A stretch of 64,000 nt of DNA from Actinomycetes bacterium. Lineage in GTDB: Bacteria; Actinomycetota; Acidimicrobiia; Acidimicrobiales; GCA-2861595. The position numbers were made by a program, and so were the translations under genes. This document shows, one piece after another, positions 56,239 through 64,000 of this stretch. The notes below the pieces were generated by a model that was given only the letters and a program-made list of their open reading frames with translations, ran no database searches and was not told where the DNA came from. The DNA is taken from NCBI GenBank assembly GCA_023264975.1, contig JAHFUS010000008.1, positions 7,219-71,218 on the forward strand, in the 5' to 3' direction. Positions within the stretch are counted from its first letter, which is position 1, and each line of letters begins with the position of its first letter.

Positions 56239-57604
56239 CCACCGCCAGCTGGTCGTCGAGCCAGTCCTGGGGCGTGCGCCGGGTGGCTGCCCTGTGCAGG
56301 ATGGCGGCCCGGGCGGCCCGCTCCTCGGCCGGCATGGAGAGCGCCTCGGACAGGGCGGCCGCCGTGCCCGAGATGTCGAAGGGGTTCAGGCCCAGGGCTC
56401 CGTGGGCCAGCACGTCCCAGGCGCCCGCCTCCGTGCTCAGGGCCAGGACACCGTCGCGCTCGTTCAGCACGGGGCCTTCGAGGGCGACCAGGTTCATGCC
56501 GTCGCGTACCGGGTTCACCAGGAGCACGTCGTAGCGGCGCAGCGCCGCCACCGAGCGGGGGAACGAGTCGCTCATGTCGAGCAGCACCGGGGTCCATGAC
56601 GGTGTCGACCAGGTGGTGTTGAGCCGTTCGACGAACGCCTCGACCTCGGCCCGGTAGGCCAGGTACTCGGGCAGGCCGTCCCTCGACGGGTACACGGAGG
56701 CGGCGAACACGACCCGCTCGCGCCAGTGCGGCTCCTCCTCGAGCAGCGCCTCGAAGGCGAGGAAGCCCCGCAGCAGGTTCTTGGAGAGCTCGATGCGGTC
56801 CACCCGCACGATGAGATGGCGGTCGCCCACCCGCTCCTCGAGGTGTTGCAACTCGGCGGTCGACTCGGGCGACGCCGCCACCACGGCCAGCTCGGTGGCG
56901 TCGATGGCGGCGGGCGACACGAACGTCGCCGGCGTGGTGCCGAGCACGGCCCGGGCGCACGCCTCGAAGGCGTGCGACCAACGCTCCGAGTGGAACCCGC
57001 TGGCGCCATGGCCGGCCATGGCCGCAAGGAGCTCGGTTGCGACCGCGTCGGGCAGCACCCGAAGGGTGGACGGCTCGCAGAACGGCGTGTGGTGGAAATA
57101 CCCGGTGCGCAGGTCGGGCCGCAGCCTGGCCACCGCCGCGCCCACCAGAGGCAGCTGGTAGTCGTGCACGAGCACGGTGCCGCCCTCGGGCGCTTCGGCT
57201 GCGACGGCGGCCGCGAACGAGTGGTTCACGTCGCGGAAGGTGGCCCACGCCTCGTGCCAGCGCCTGTCGATGCGGGGGCGCCGGGGCAGGTCGTAGAGGC
57301 CGTGGTTGAGGAACCAGAGGGTGGCGTTTGCGATGACGTCGTAGAACTGGCGGTAGGCGGCCGGGTCGATGGCCAGCGAGCACAGGCGGAAGCCCTCGGC
57401 CTCGACCGCCCCCTTGGACGCTGCCAGCCGGTCGGCGTCGGTGATGGCGGCGGCGACCCACGTGGCGCCCGTGCCGACGACCGCCGGACCGAGGCTGGAC
57501 ACCAGGCCGCCCGCCCCCCGCCGGGTCACCAGCTCGCCGTCCGCACCGGTGCTGAAGGACAGCGGACCACGGTTCGAAACGACGACCAGGTCGGGGTGGC
57601 CCAT
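56207..57604 (-). CDS. otsA: Alpha,alpha-trehalose-phosphate synthase (GT20)
   Basis: ATG 57604 gives MGHPDLVVVSNRGP...GGLVS...LWFLNHGLYD...VHDYQL...FHHTPF...NPVRDGMNLVA. The longer ORFs on this strand are 5' artefacts. Confidence 0.9.
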   Translation of the reverse strand: MGHPDLVVVSNRGPLSFSTGADGELVTRRGAGGLVSSLGPAVVGTGATWVAAAITDADRLAASKGAVEAEGFRLCSLAIDPAAYRQFYDVIANATLWFLNHGLYDLPRRPRIDRRWHEAWATFRDVNHSFAAAVAAEAPEGGTVLVHDYQLPLVGAAVARLRPDLRTGYFHHTPFCEPSTLRVLPDAVATELLAAMAGHGASGFHSERWSHAFEACARAVLGTTPATFVSPAAIDATELAVVAASPESTAELQHLEERVGDRHLIVRVDRIELSKNLLRGFLAFEALLEEEPHWRERVVFAASVYPSRDGLPEYLAYRAEVEAFVERLNTTWSTPSWTPVLLDMSDSFPRSVAALRRYDVLLVNPVRDGMNLVALEGPVLNERDGVLALSTEAGAWDVLAHGALGLNPFDISGTAAALSEALSMPAEERAARAAILHRAATRRTPQDWLDDQLAVATPASGGAGD

Positions 57605-57624
57605 GCCGGTGCAACGATACCCGT

Positions 57625-58641
57625 GTGCCCCGTGTGGTCGCCGCTCCTGACAAGTTCCGTGGCACGGCGTCGGCGCGCCAGGTCGCAGCGGCCATCGCGG
57701 CAGCGGCCGCAGCCGCCGGCTGGGCGTGCGACGAGGCGCCCGTCGCAGATGGCGGCGAGGGCACCCTCGACGCCATCGGCGGCCGCGTGCGCTCCTCCCG
57801 CGTGCGCGGGCCGCTGGGCGAGGCGGTGGAGGCGGAGTGGCGACTGCTGTCGTCCCTGCCCGGGACGGTGGTTGGCAGCGGGCCCATGGCACTGATCGAG
57901 ATGGCCAGGGCGACGGGGCTCGACCTGGCCGGCGGGCCCGAGTGGAACGACCCAATGCGGGCGTCCACCGAGGGCGTCGGCGACCTGATCCTGGCCGCCG
58001 TGGCGGCCAAGGCCCGGCGGGTGGTGGTGGCCGTCGGCGGCTCGGCATCCACCGACGGCGGGCTCGGCTGCCTCAACGCGCTCCGGCCACGGGGCCGGCT
58101 GGCGGGCGTCGACCTGGTGGTGGCGTACGACGTCACCACGACCTTCGTCGGCGCGGCCGCCGAGTTCGCGCCGCAGAAGGGCGCCACGCCGGCGCAGGTA
58201 GCGCTTCTCGGCCGCCGGCTGGAACGGCTGGCCCAGGTTTACCTCGACGAGTACGGCGTCGACGTGCGGTCCATCCCCGGCGCGGGTGCGGCCGGGGGCC
58301 TGGCCGGCGGGCTGGCCGCCGTGGGCGCCACCCTCCTTCCCGGTTTCGACTTCGTGGCCGACACCATCGAGCTGGCCGAGCGCATCGAGGGCGCCGACCT
58401 GGTCGTGACCGGCGAAGGCTTTCTCGACGAGCACTCCTTCGACGGCAAGGCGGTCGGCGGCGTGGTCGAGCTGGCCGAGGAGGCGGGCGTTCCGGTGCTC
58501 GTTGTGGTGGGGGAGGCGTTCGACTCCGGCCCCGTCCCCGCCGTCTCCCTGGTGGAGCGCTTCGGCCGCACGCGCGCCTTCGAGGACACCCTCGCCTGCG
58601 TCGAGGAAGCCGTCTCGGCGCACCTGTGGGCGTTACCCTGA
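57625..58641 (+). CDS. glxK: Glycerate kinase
   Basis: VVAAPDKFRGT...ADGGEGT...VTGEGFLDEHSFDGKAVGGV pattern. Confidence 0.85.
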   Translation: MPRVVAAPDKFRGTASARQVAAAIAAAAAAAGWACDEAPVADGGEGTLDAIGGRVRSSRVRGPLGEAVEAEWRLLSSLPGTVVGSGPMALIEMARATGLDLAGGPEWNDPMRASTEGVGDLILAAVAAKARRVVVAVGGSASTDGGLGCLNALRPRGRLAGVDLVVAYDVTTTFVGAAAEFAPQKGATPAQVALLGRRLERLAQVYLDEYGVDVRSIPGAGAAGGLAGGLAAVGATLLPGFDFVADTIELAERIEGADLVVTGEGFLDEHSFDGKAVGGVVELAEEAGVPVLVVVGEAFDSGPVPAVSLVERFGRTRAFEDTLACVEEAVSAHLWALP

Positions 58642-58645
58642 CGCG

Positions 58646-59863
58646 GTGATAGAGCGGGTCCGACGGGCGGGCCAGGTGTCATGGGCGGCGGTGGGTGTGG
58701 CCACGCTGCTGGCCGTCGTCGGGATCGTCCTGTGGACCGTGCGGGTGATCTTCCCGCCCCTGGTCCTGGCCGGCGCCATCGTCTTCCTCCTCAACCCGGT
58801 GGTCACCGGTCTCCAGCACCGGGGCGTGCCGCGGGCGGCCGGCGCCGGCATCGCCTACCTCGGCGTCATCGGGCTCGTGGTGCTGGCCGGCGCCCTGGTC
58901 TACCCCATCGCCGCCGACCAGGCACGCGAGCTGGGTGACGACTGGCCCGTGATCAAGATGAAGGCCGAGAACTGGATCGACGACGCGGTCGAGACGTCGC
59001 AGGGGACCTTCCTGGAGTTCACCCGCGCCGACCTCGAGGACGCCCTCGGCAACAAGAACACGACCTTCCGCCAGCAGCTCGACCAGGCGCGCGACCTGGG
59101 GCTGAAGATCTTCCACATCCTGCTGATCCTCCTGCTGGCGCCGATCATCGCCTTCTACCTGCTGGTGGACGCCCCCCGTGTCCGGGAGGTGATTCGGTCC
59201 CTTGTACCGCCGGGGGCCAAGGCCGAGGTCGACCATGTGGCCCACCGGCTCAACCGCGCCATCGGCGGCTTCTTCCGGGGCCAGCTGGTGGTGGCCACCA
59301 TCGTCGGCGTGATGTGTTCCGTCGGGCTGCTCATCATCGGCCTGCGCTTCTGGTTCCTGGTCGGGATGATCGCCGGCCTGTTCAACATCGTGCCGCTCAT
59401 CGGACCGTGGGTCGGCGGCGTGCCCGGCATCGTCATCGCCCTCACCACCGGCACACCCCTCCAGGCCGTCGGCGTGGTCGTGGTGATGGTGACGGCCCAG
59501 CAGATCGACAACCACTTCATCACGCCCCAGGTGATGCAGCGGGTAGTCCAACTCCACCCCGCAGCGGTGATCCTCGCCCTCCTCGCGGGAGGCTCACTGG
59601 GAGGCTTCTTCGGCCTCCTCCTCGCCGTGCCCCTCGCCGCCGTGCTGAAGATCATCTGCGGCCACGTCTGGCGGACCCACATCCTCGACGAACCCTTCGA
59701 GCAAGCCGTCGCGGAGGAGGAGGCCGCAGAGGGCGACGGGCCCATCGAGGACGCCGTCGATCTCGATCGCAATGCCGGGCAGGCCACCGATCCCCTCCGA
59801 CAACCACTGTCGGGCCCGGGCCCTCCTGGCCGACGGCCACCAGTTCCGGCGCCGCCGCCCTAG
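58646..59863 (+). CDS. AI-2E family transporter (PerM/UPF0118) with Pro-rich C-terminal tail
   Basis: Multiple TM helices. Conserved NIVPLIGPWVGGVP and IDNHFITPQVM motifs. GTG 58646. Confidence 0.85.
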   Translation: MIERVRRAGQVSWAAVGVATLLAVVGIVLWTVRVIFPPLVLAGAIVFLLNPVVTGLQHRGVPRAAGAGIAYLGVIGLVVLAGALVYPIAADQARELGDDWPVIKMKAENWIDDAVETSQGTFLEFTRADLEDALGNKNTTFRQQLDQARDLGLKIFHILLILLLAPIIAFYLLVDAPRVREVIRSLVPPGAKAEVDHVAHRLNRAIGGFFRGQLVVATIVGVMCSVGLLIIGLRFWFLVGMIAGLFNIVPLIGPWVGGVPGIVIALTTGTPLQAVGVVVVMVTAQQIDNHFITPQVMQRVVQLHPAAVILALLAGGSLGGFFGLLLAVPLAAVLKIICGHVWRTHILDEPFEQAVAEEEAAEGDGPIEDAVDLDRNAGQATDPLRQPLSGPGPPGRRPPVPAPPP

Positions 59864-59896
59864 CGGCCCGGAAGGCGAGGGAGGGACGGCCCATTC

Positions 59897-60859
59897 CTAC
59901 GCCGTGCGCAAGCCGCCGGAGGAGGACGAGGCAAGAGAAGCCAACTCCGCCACACAGGGACCGGCACCGGCCCGCGACAGGACCGTCCGCAACACGGCCT
60001 CAGCCTGAGGACCGAGTTCGGCCAAGGGCCGGTTCCGGTGCACCCGCCGCCCCAGGTCCACCTGCACCATCGACCCCAGCCCGTACCGCCCGGCCACGTC
60101 CGCCAGCAGGGCGATGTCGACCCCGTAGCCCCGCACGAACGGCACCTGTTCGAGCACGTCCCGCCGGCCGGCGCATTCACCGGCCAGCGGCTGGGTGAAG
60201 CCGGCCAGCGCCGGCAGCAGCACCCGAAGGGCCGGCTTGGCCATCAGCTCGGTGACCCGCCCGCCCTCGCCGTCGCGGCCGTCGAAGGGCCGGTCGTAGA
60301 AGGCCTTCACGAAGGTGACGGCGGCGTCGGCCAGCAAGGGCCCGACCAGCCCCACCACGAAGGCAGTGGCGAACGAGCGCACGTCGGCGTCGCAGTACAC
60401 GACGAGGTCTCCGTCCGACGCGGCCAGGCCGGCCTGCATGGCCTCGCCCTTGCCGCCCCCTCCGCCCGGCACCACGCGGGCGCCGGCCGCCCGTGCCGCC
60501 GCCGCCGTGGCATCCGTGGAGCCGTCGTCGACCACCACTATCTCGTCCACCAGCCGGTGCTGCAAGCACAGGCGTCTGTGCACGGCGGCCACGATGGGGC
60601 CGACCGTCGCCTCCTCGTCCCTCGCCGGGAGACACACCGAAACCCGCCGGCCGCCCTTCACCGCCGCCAGGGCGGCGGCGTCGAACGACGACCCGGGCAC
60701 CGTCGCCGGACCGCGGCCGGGGAGGGGAGGGACGGTCGCCACGCCCCCATCTTCCTCGATCCGGCCGCGGCCGCCGGTCGATGGTTTGCCAAGATGACGG
60801 CCGGCGGTCGACAATGGAGCCGTCATCCAGAGCGGTCGAGGGACCGGGCCCAGCGACAC
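59897..60859 (-). CDS. gpgS: Glucosyl-3-phosphoglycerate synthase-like GT-A glycosyltransferase (GT81)
   Basis: VSVCLPARDEE, IVVVDDGSTD, GKGEAM, VYCDADV motifs. The start is uncertain. Confidence 0.7.
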   Translation of the reverse strand: MSLGPVPRPLWMTAPLSTAGRHLGKPSTGGRGRIEEDGGVATVPPLPGRGPATVPGSSFDAAALAAVKGGRRVSVCLPARDEEATVGPIVAAVHRRLCLQHRLVDEIVVVDDGSTDATAAAARAAGARVVPGGGGGKGEAMQAGLAASDGDLVVYCDADVRSFATAFVVGLVGPLLADAAVTFVKAFYDRPFDGRDGEGGRVTELMAKPALRVLLPALAGFTQPLAGECAGRRDVLEQVPFVRGYGVDIALLADVAGRYGLGSMVQVDLGRRVHRNRPLAELGPQAEAVLRTVLSRAGAGPCVAELASLASSSSGGLRTA

Positions 60860-60890
60860 CGCGGCAACCAGCGGGCTTTCAGCCCATCAG

Positions 60891-62183
60891 GTGCCAATGC
60901 CCGGAACGATGAGGAGGAATCACGTCGTGCCGTCCCCACCTGGCCCCTACGTCACGGGCCTCACCTGTCGCGAGTGCGGCCGTCCGTACCCGGCCGAGGC
61001 CCTGCACGTGTGCGAGTACTGCTTCGGCCCGCTCGAGGTGGCCTACGACTACGAGGCCATCGCGTCGGTCACCAGCCGGGAGCGCATCGCCGCCGGCCCC
61101 ACAAGCATGTGGCGCTACGCCGACCTGCTGCCGGCCGAGTCCACCGATCCGGTGAGCCTGGGCGCCGGCTTCACGCCGCTCGTGCGAGCAGACCGCCTGG
61201 CGGCCGAGCTCGGCCTCGGTGAGCTGTGGGTGAAGAACGACACCCTCAACCCGACCGGGTCGTTCAAGGACCGGGTGGTGTCGGTGGCGCTCACTAAGGC
61301 CCGCGAGCTGGGCTTCAAGGTGGCGGCGTGCGCCTCCACCGGCAACCTGGCCAACTCGGTCGCCGCCCATGCCGCCCACGCCGGCATGCAGTCGATCGTC
61401 TTCATCCCATCGGACCTGGAGGAGGCCAAAATCGTCACCACCGCCGTCTACGGCGGCCGGCTGGTGGCGGTCGAGGGCAACTACGACGACGTGAACCGCC
61501 TCTGCGCCGAACTGGCCGGCGAGCACCCCACGTGGGCGTTCGTCAACGTCAACATCCGCACCTACTACGCCGAGGGCTCCAAGACGCTGGCCTTCGAGGT
61601 GGCCGAGCAGCTCGGGTGGATGGTGCCGGACCACGTCGTGGTGCCCGTCGCCTCGGGCAGTCAGCTGGTCAAGGTCCACAAGGGCTTCGACGAGCTGCAC
61701 AAGGTCGGATTGCTCGATGAGGAGCCGCATGTGCGGGTGTCGGGCGCCCAGGCGGCCGGGTGCTCGCCGGTCGCCACCGCCTTCTTGGAGAAGAGCGACC
61801 TCATCCGGCCCCAGAAGCCGAAGACCATCGCCAAGTCGTTGGCCATCGGCAACCCGGCCGACGGCTGGTACGCGCTCGACGTCATCCGCTCCACCGGCGG
61901 CGGTGTCGGGTCGGTGACCGACGAGGAGATCGTGGAGGGCATCCGCCTCCTGGCCCGCACCGAGGGGATCTTCGCCGAGACGGCGGGCGGCGTCACCATC
62001 GCCACGCTGGCCAAGCTGGCCGCCTCGGGCGTGGTGCGGCCCGACGAGCGGGTGGTGGCCTACGTCACCGGCCTCGGCCTCAAGACGATCGACGCCGTCA
62101 GCCCCCATGTCGGGCCGACCGTTACGATTCCGCCCAGCATGGAGGCGTTCGCGGCCTTCATGGAGACGGAGAGCGGTCGATGA
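60891..62183 (+). CDS. Threonine synthase-family PLP enzyme with N-terminal zinc ribbon
   Basis: CRECG...CEYCFGPLEV ribbon. PLP lysine motif NPTGSFKDR. ASTGNLANS. Translationally coupled to a ThiS/MoaD-like gene. Confidence 0.85.
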   Translation: MPMPGTMRRNHVVPSPPGPYVTGLTCRECGRPYPAEALHVCEYCFGPLEVAYDYEAIASVTSRERIAAGPTSMWRYADLLPAESTDPVSLGAGFTPLVRADRLAAELGLGELWVKNDTLNPTGSFKDRVVSVALTKARELGFKVAACASTGNLANSVAAHAAHAGMQSIVFIPSDLEEAKIVTTAVYGGRLVAVEGNYDDVNRLCAELAGEHPTWAFVNVNIRTYYAEGSKTLAFEVAEQLGWMVPDHVVVPVASGSQLVKVHKGFDELHKVGLLDEEPHVRVSGAQAAGCSPVATAFLEKSDLIRPQKPKTIAKSLAIGNPADGWYALDVIRSTGGGVGSVTDEEIVEGIRLLARTEGIFAETAGGVTIATLAKLAASGVVRPDERVVAYVTGLGLKTIDAVSPHVGPTVTIPPSMEAFAAFMETESGR

Positions 62184-62458
62184 GCGTCAACGTACGGATC
62201 CCCACCCAGCTGCGCACCCTCACCGGCGGCGCCGGCGACGTGAGCCTCGACGGGGCGACCGTGGGCGAGCTACTCGCCGCCCTCGACGCCGCCCATCCCG
62301 GCTTCGGCGAGCGTCTCTTCGATGACGACCGCAAGCTGCGTCGCTTCGTCAACGTGTTCGTGGCCGACGAGGACGTGCGCTTCCTCCAGGGGCTGGACAC
62401 GCCGGTCGCAGCGGGACAAACGGTGTCGATCGTGCCGGCGGTGGCGGGCGGCATCTGA
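62180..62458 (+). CDS. MoaD/ThiS-family sulfur-carrier-like protein ending in GG-Ile
   Basis: ATGA overlap with the upstream stop. 92 aa with a beta-grasp-like pattern. The C-terminus VPAVAGGI was read from the DNA (ggc ggc atc tga). Confidence 0.75.
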   Translation: MSVNVRIPTQLRTLTGGAGDVSLDGATVGELLAALDAAHPGFGERLFDDDRKLRRFVNVFVADEDVRFLQGLDTPVAAGQTVSIVPAVAGGI

Positions 62459-62511
62459 CTCCCCACCCCCTGGGCGCTCAACCGGCGGCGCCCCCGTGCC
62501 GATAGCGGATC

Positions 62512-62982
62512 ATGGCCGAGGTGCTGATCGTCGACGACGACGATGACATCCGGGCGATCCTGGCGTTCACGCTGGAGGACGCCGGGTTCGAGGTGCGGGA
62601 AGCGGCCGACGGCAACCAGGCGGTGGCCGCCCTGGAGGCGAAGGCCCCGGACTGCCTCGTCCTCGATGTGATGATGCCGGTTTTCGACGGGTTCGGCGTG
62701 CTACGCACGCGGCGCCAGTCGAACCTGGCGCCCGATGCCCGGGTCATCCTCCTTACCGCCCGCACGGCCGAGCGCGACTTCGTGCGGGGCTGGGAGCTCG
62801 GCGCCGACGAGTACCTCACCAAGCCCTTCGACCCCGACGAGCTGGTGGTGACCGTGCTCAGGCTCCTCAAGAGCTCGCCCGCCCAGCTCAACGAGCGCCG
62901 GGAGTCGGAGCTGAAGAAGGCCGAGCTGCTCGAACGGCTCGAATCCGCCTTCAACCGGCCGGGGGCCACCCCGCTGTCCTGA
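62512..62982 (+). CDS. Single-domain response regulator with short coiled tail
   Basis: VLIVDDDDD...LVLDVMMPVFDG...YLTKPF receiver motifs. No output domain. Confidence 0.85.
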   Translation: MAEVLIVDDDDDIRAILAFTLEDAGFEVREAADGNQAVAALEAKAPDCLVLDVMMPVFDGFGVLRTRRQSNLAPDARVILLTARTAERDFVRGWELGADEYLTKPFDPDELVVTVLRLLKSSPAQLNERRESELKKAELLERLESAFNRPGATPLS

Positions 62983-63126
62983 TCTCCCCGGCCGGGGCCC
63001 CCAACGAAGTCCCGAGCGAGCCGGAGGCGAGACCAGGGACCCCGGCCTCCTCCCCGAAGCGGGGTCCCCATCCCCGCTCGGCGCCGTTGTCCTGCGTCAC
63101 CTCGACCGGGGTCTGCACGTGGTGTT

Positions 63127-63153
63127 CTGGCACTCGCTTGCGTTGAGTGCCAA
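63127..63153. promoter_or_regulatory. CIRCE-like inverted repeat (degenerate copy)
   Basis: CTGGCACTC-N9-GAGTGCCAA, compared with the consensus TTAGCACTC-N9-GAGTGCTAA. Confidence 0.6.
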
Positions 63154-63165
63154 CGGGTCGTAGCA

Positions 63166-63192
63166 TTAGCACTCAGATACCGAGAGTGCTAA
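63166..63192. promoter_or_regulatory. CIRCE element (HrcA operator), perfect consensus
   Basis: TTAGCACTC-agataccga-GAGTGCTAA, ~75 nt upstream of the groEL ATG. Confidence 0.85.

Positions 63193-64000
<808 letters not shown>

Noticed and set aside
55860-58187. 775-aa and 613-aa minus-strand ORFs spanning otsB, otsA and glxK
   Set aside because: Only the 56207-57604 part, in the 613-aa frame, has GT20 motifs, starting at MGHPDLVVVSNRGP. The remainder is Arg/Pro-rich and overlaps the glycerate kinase and otsB coding frames.

Overview
This is a densely coding, high-GC segment of an Actinomycetota-type chromosome. All calls come from reading the ORF translations and the DNA by eye; no searches were run.

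Backbone. Most of the window is a conserved housekeeping run. Its order matches what I remember of Mycobacterium and related genomes:
- an oligopeptide ABC ATPase pair
- sigH-rshA
- a DUF2342 protease, then tilS-hpt-ftsH-folE-folP-folB-folK
- panC-panD-(nadB-nadC)-coaX-lysS, then clpC
- radA-disA-carD-PIN/TRAM-ispDF-rlmB
- otsB/otsA, glxK, gpgS, and a thrC-like/ThiS-like pair
- groEL behind two CIRCE operators

The window also holds one tRNA-Thr(UGU) and a Bacillus Spo0H-like sigma factor.

Insertions into the backbone:
- an FAD disulfide reductase and a Cys-less phosphatase-fold protein inside the folate operon
- a tightly packed PAS-GGDEF-REC / CHASE histidine kinase / BMP-binding-protein module
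- a polyprenyl synthase
- a secreted-metalloprotease islet at 42.4-45.3 kb

Most unusual region (9.6-16.2 kb). It contains:
- a translationally coupled operon of a small 3-TM protein, a CHAT (caspase-like) protease and a PF14907-type nucleotidyltransferase
- a coupled PqqD (RRE) and HprK-like kinase pair
- an AT-rich divergent control region between them, next to a 62-codon Tat-signal mini-ORF
- a truncated urtE remnant and an orphan CooC-type ATPase beside these

These look like lasso-peptide accessory genes, but no cyclase or B2 peptidase is present. I flag the region as a candidate undescribed peptide-modification or protease-signalling system.

A roughly 70-150 bp hairpin-rich repeat family occurs at 47.9 kb and, in tandem, at 50.4 kb. 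I recognised no CRISPR array, rRNA, transposase or integrase.
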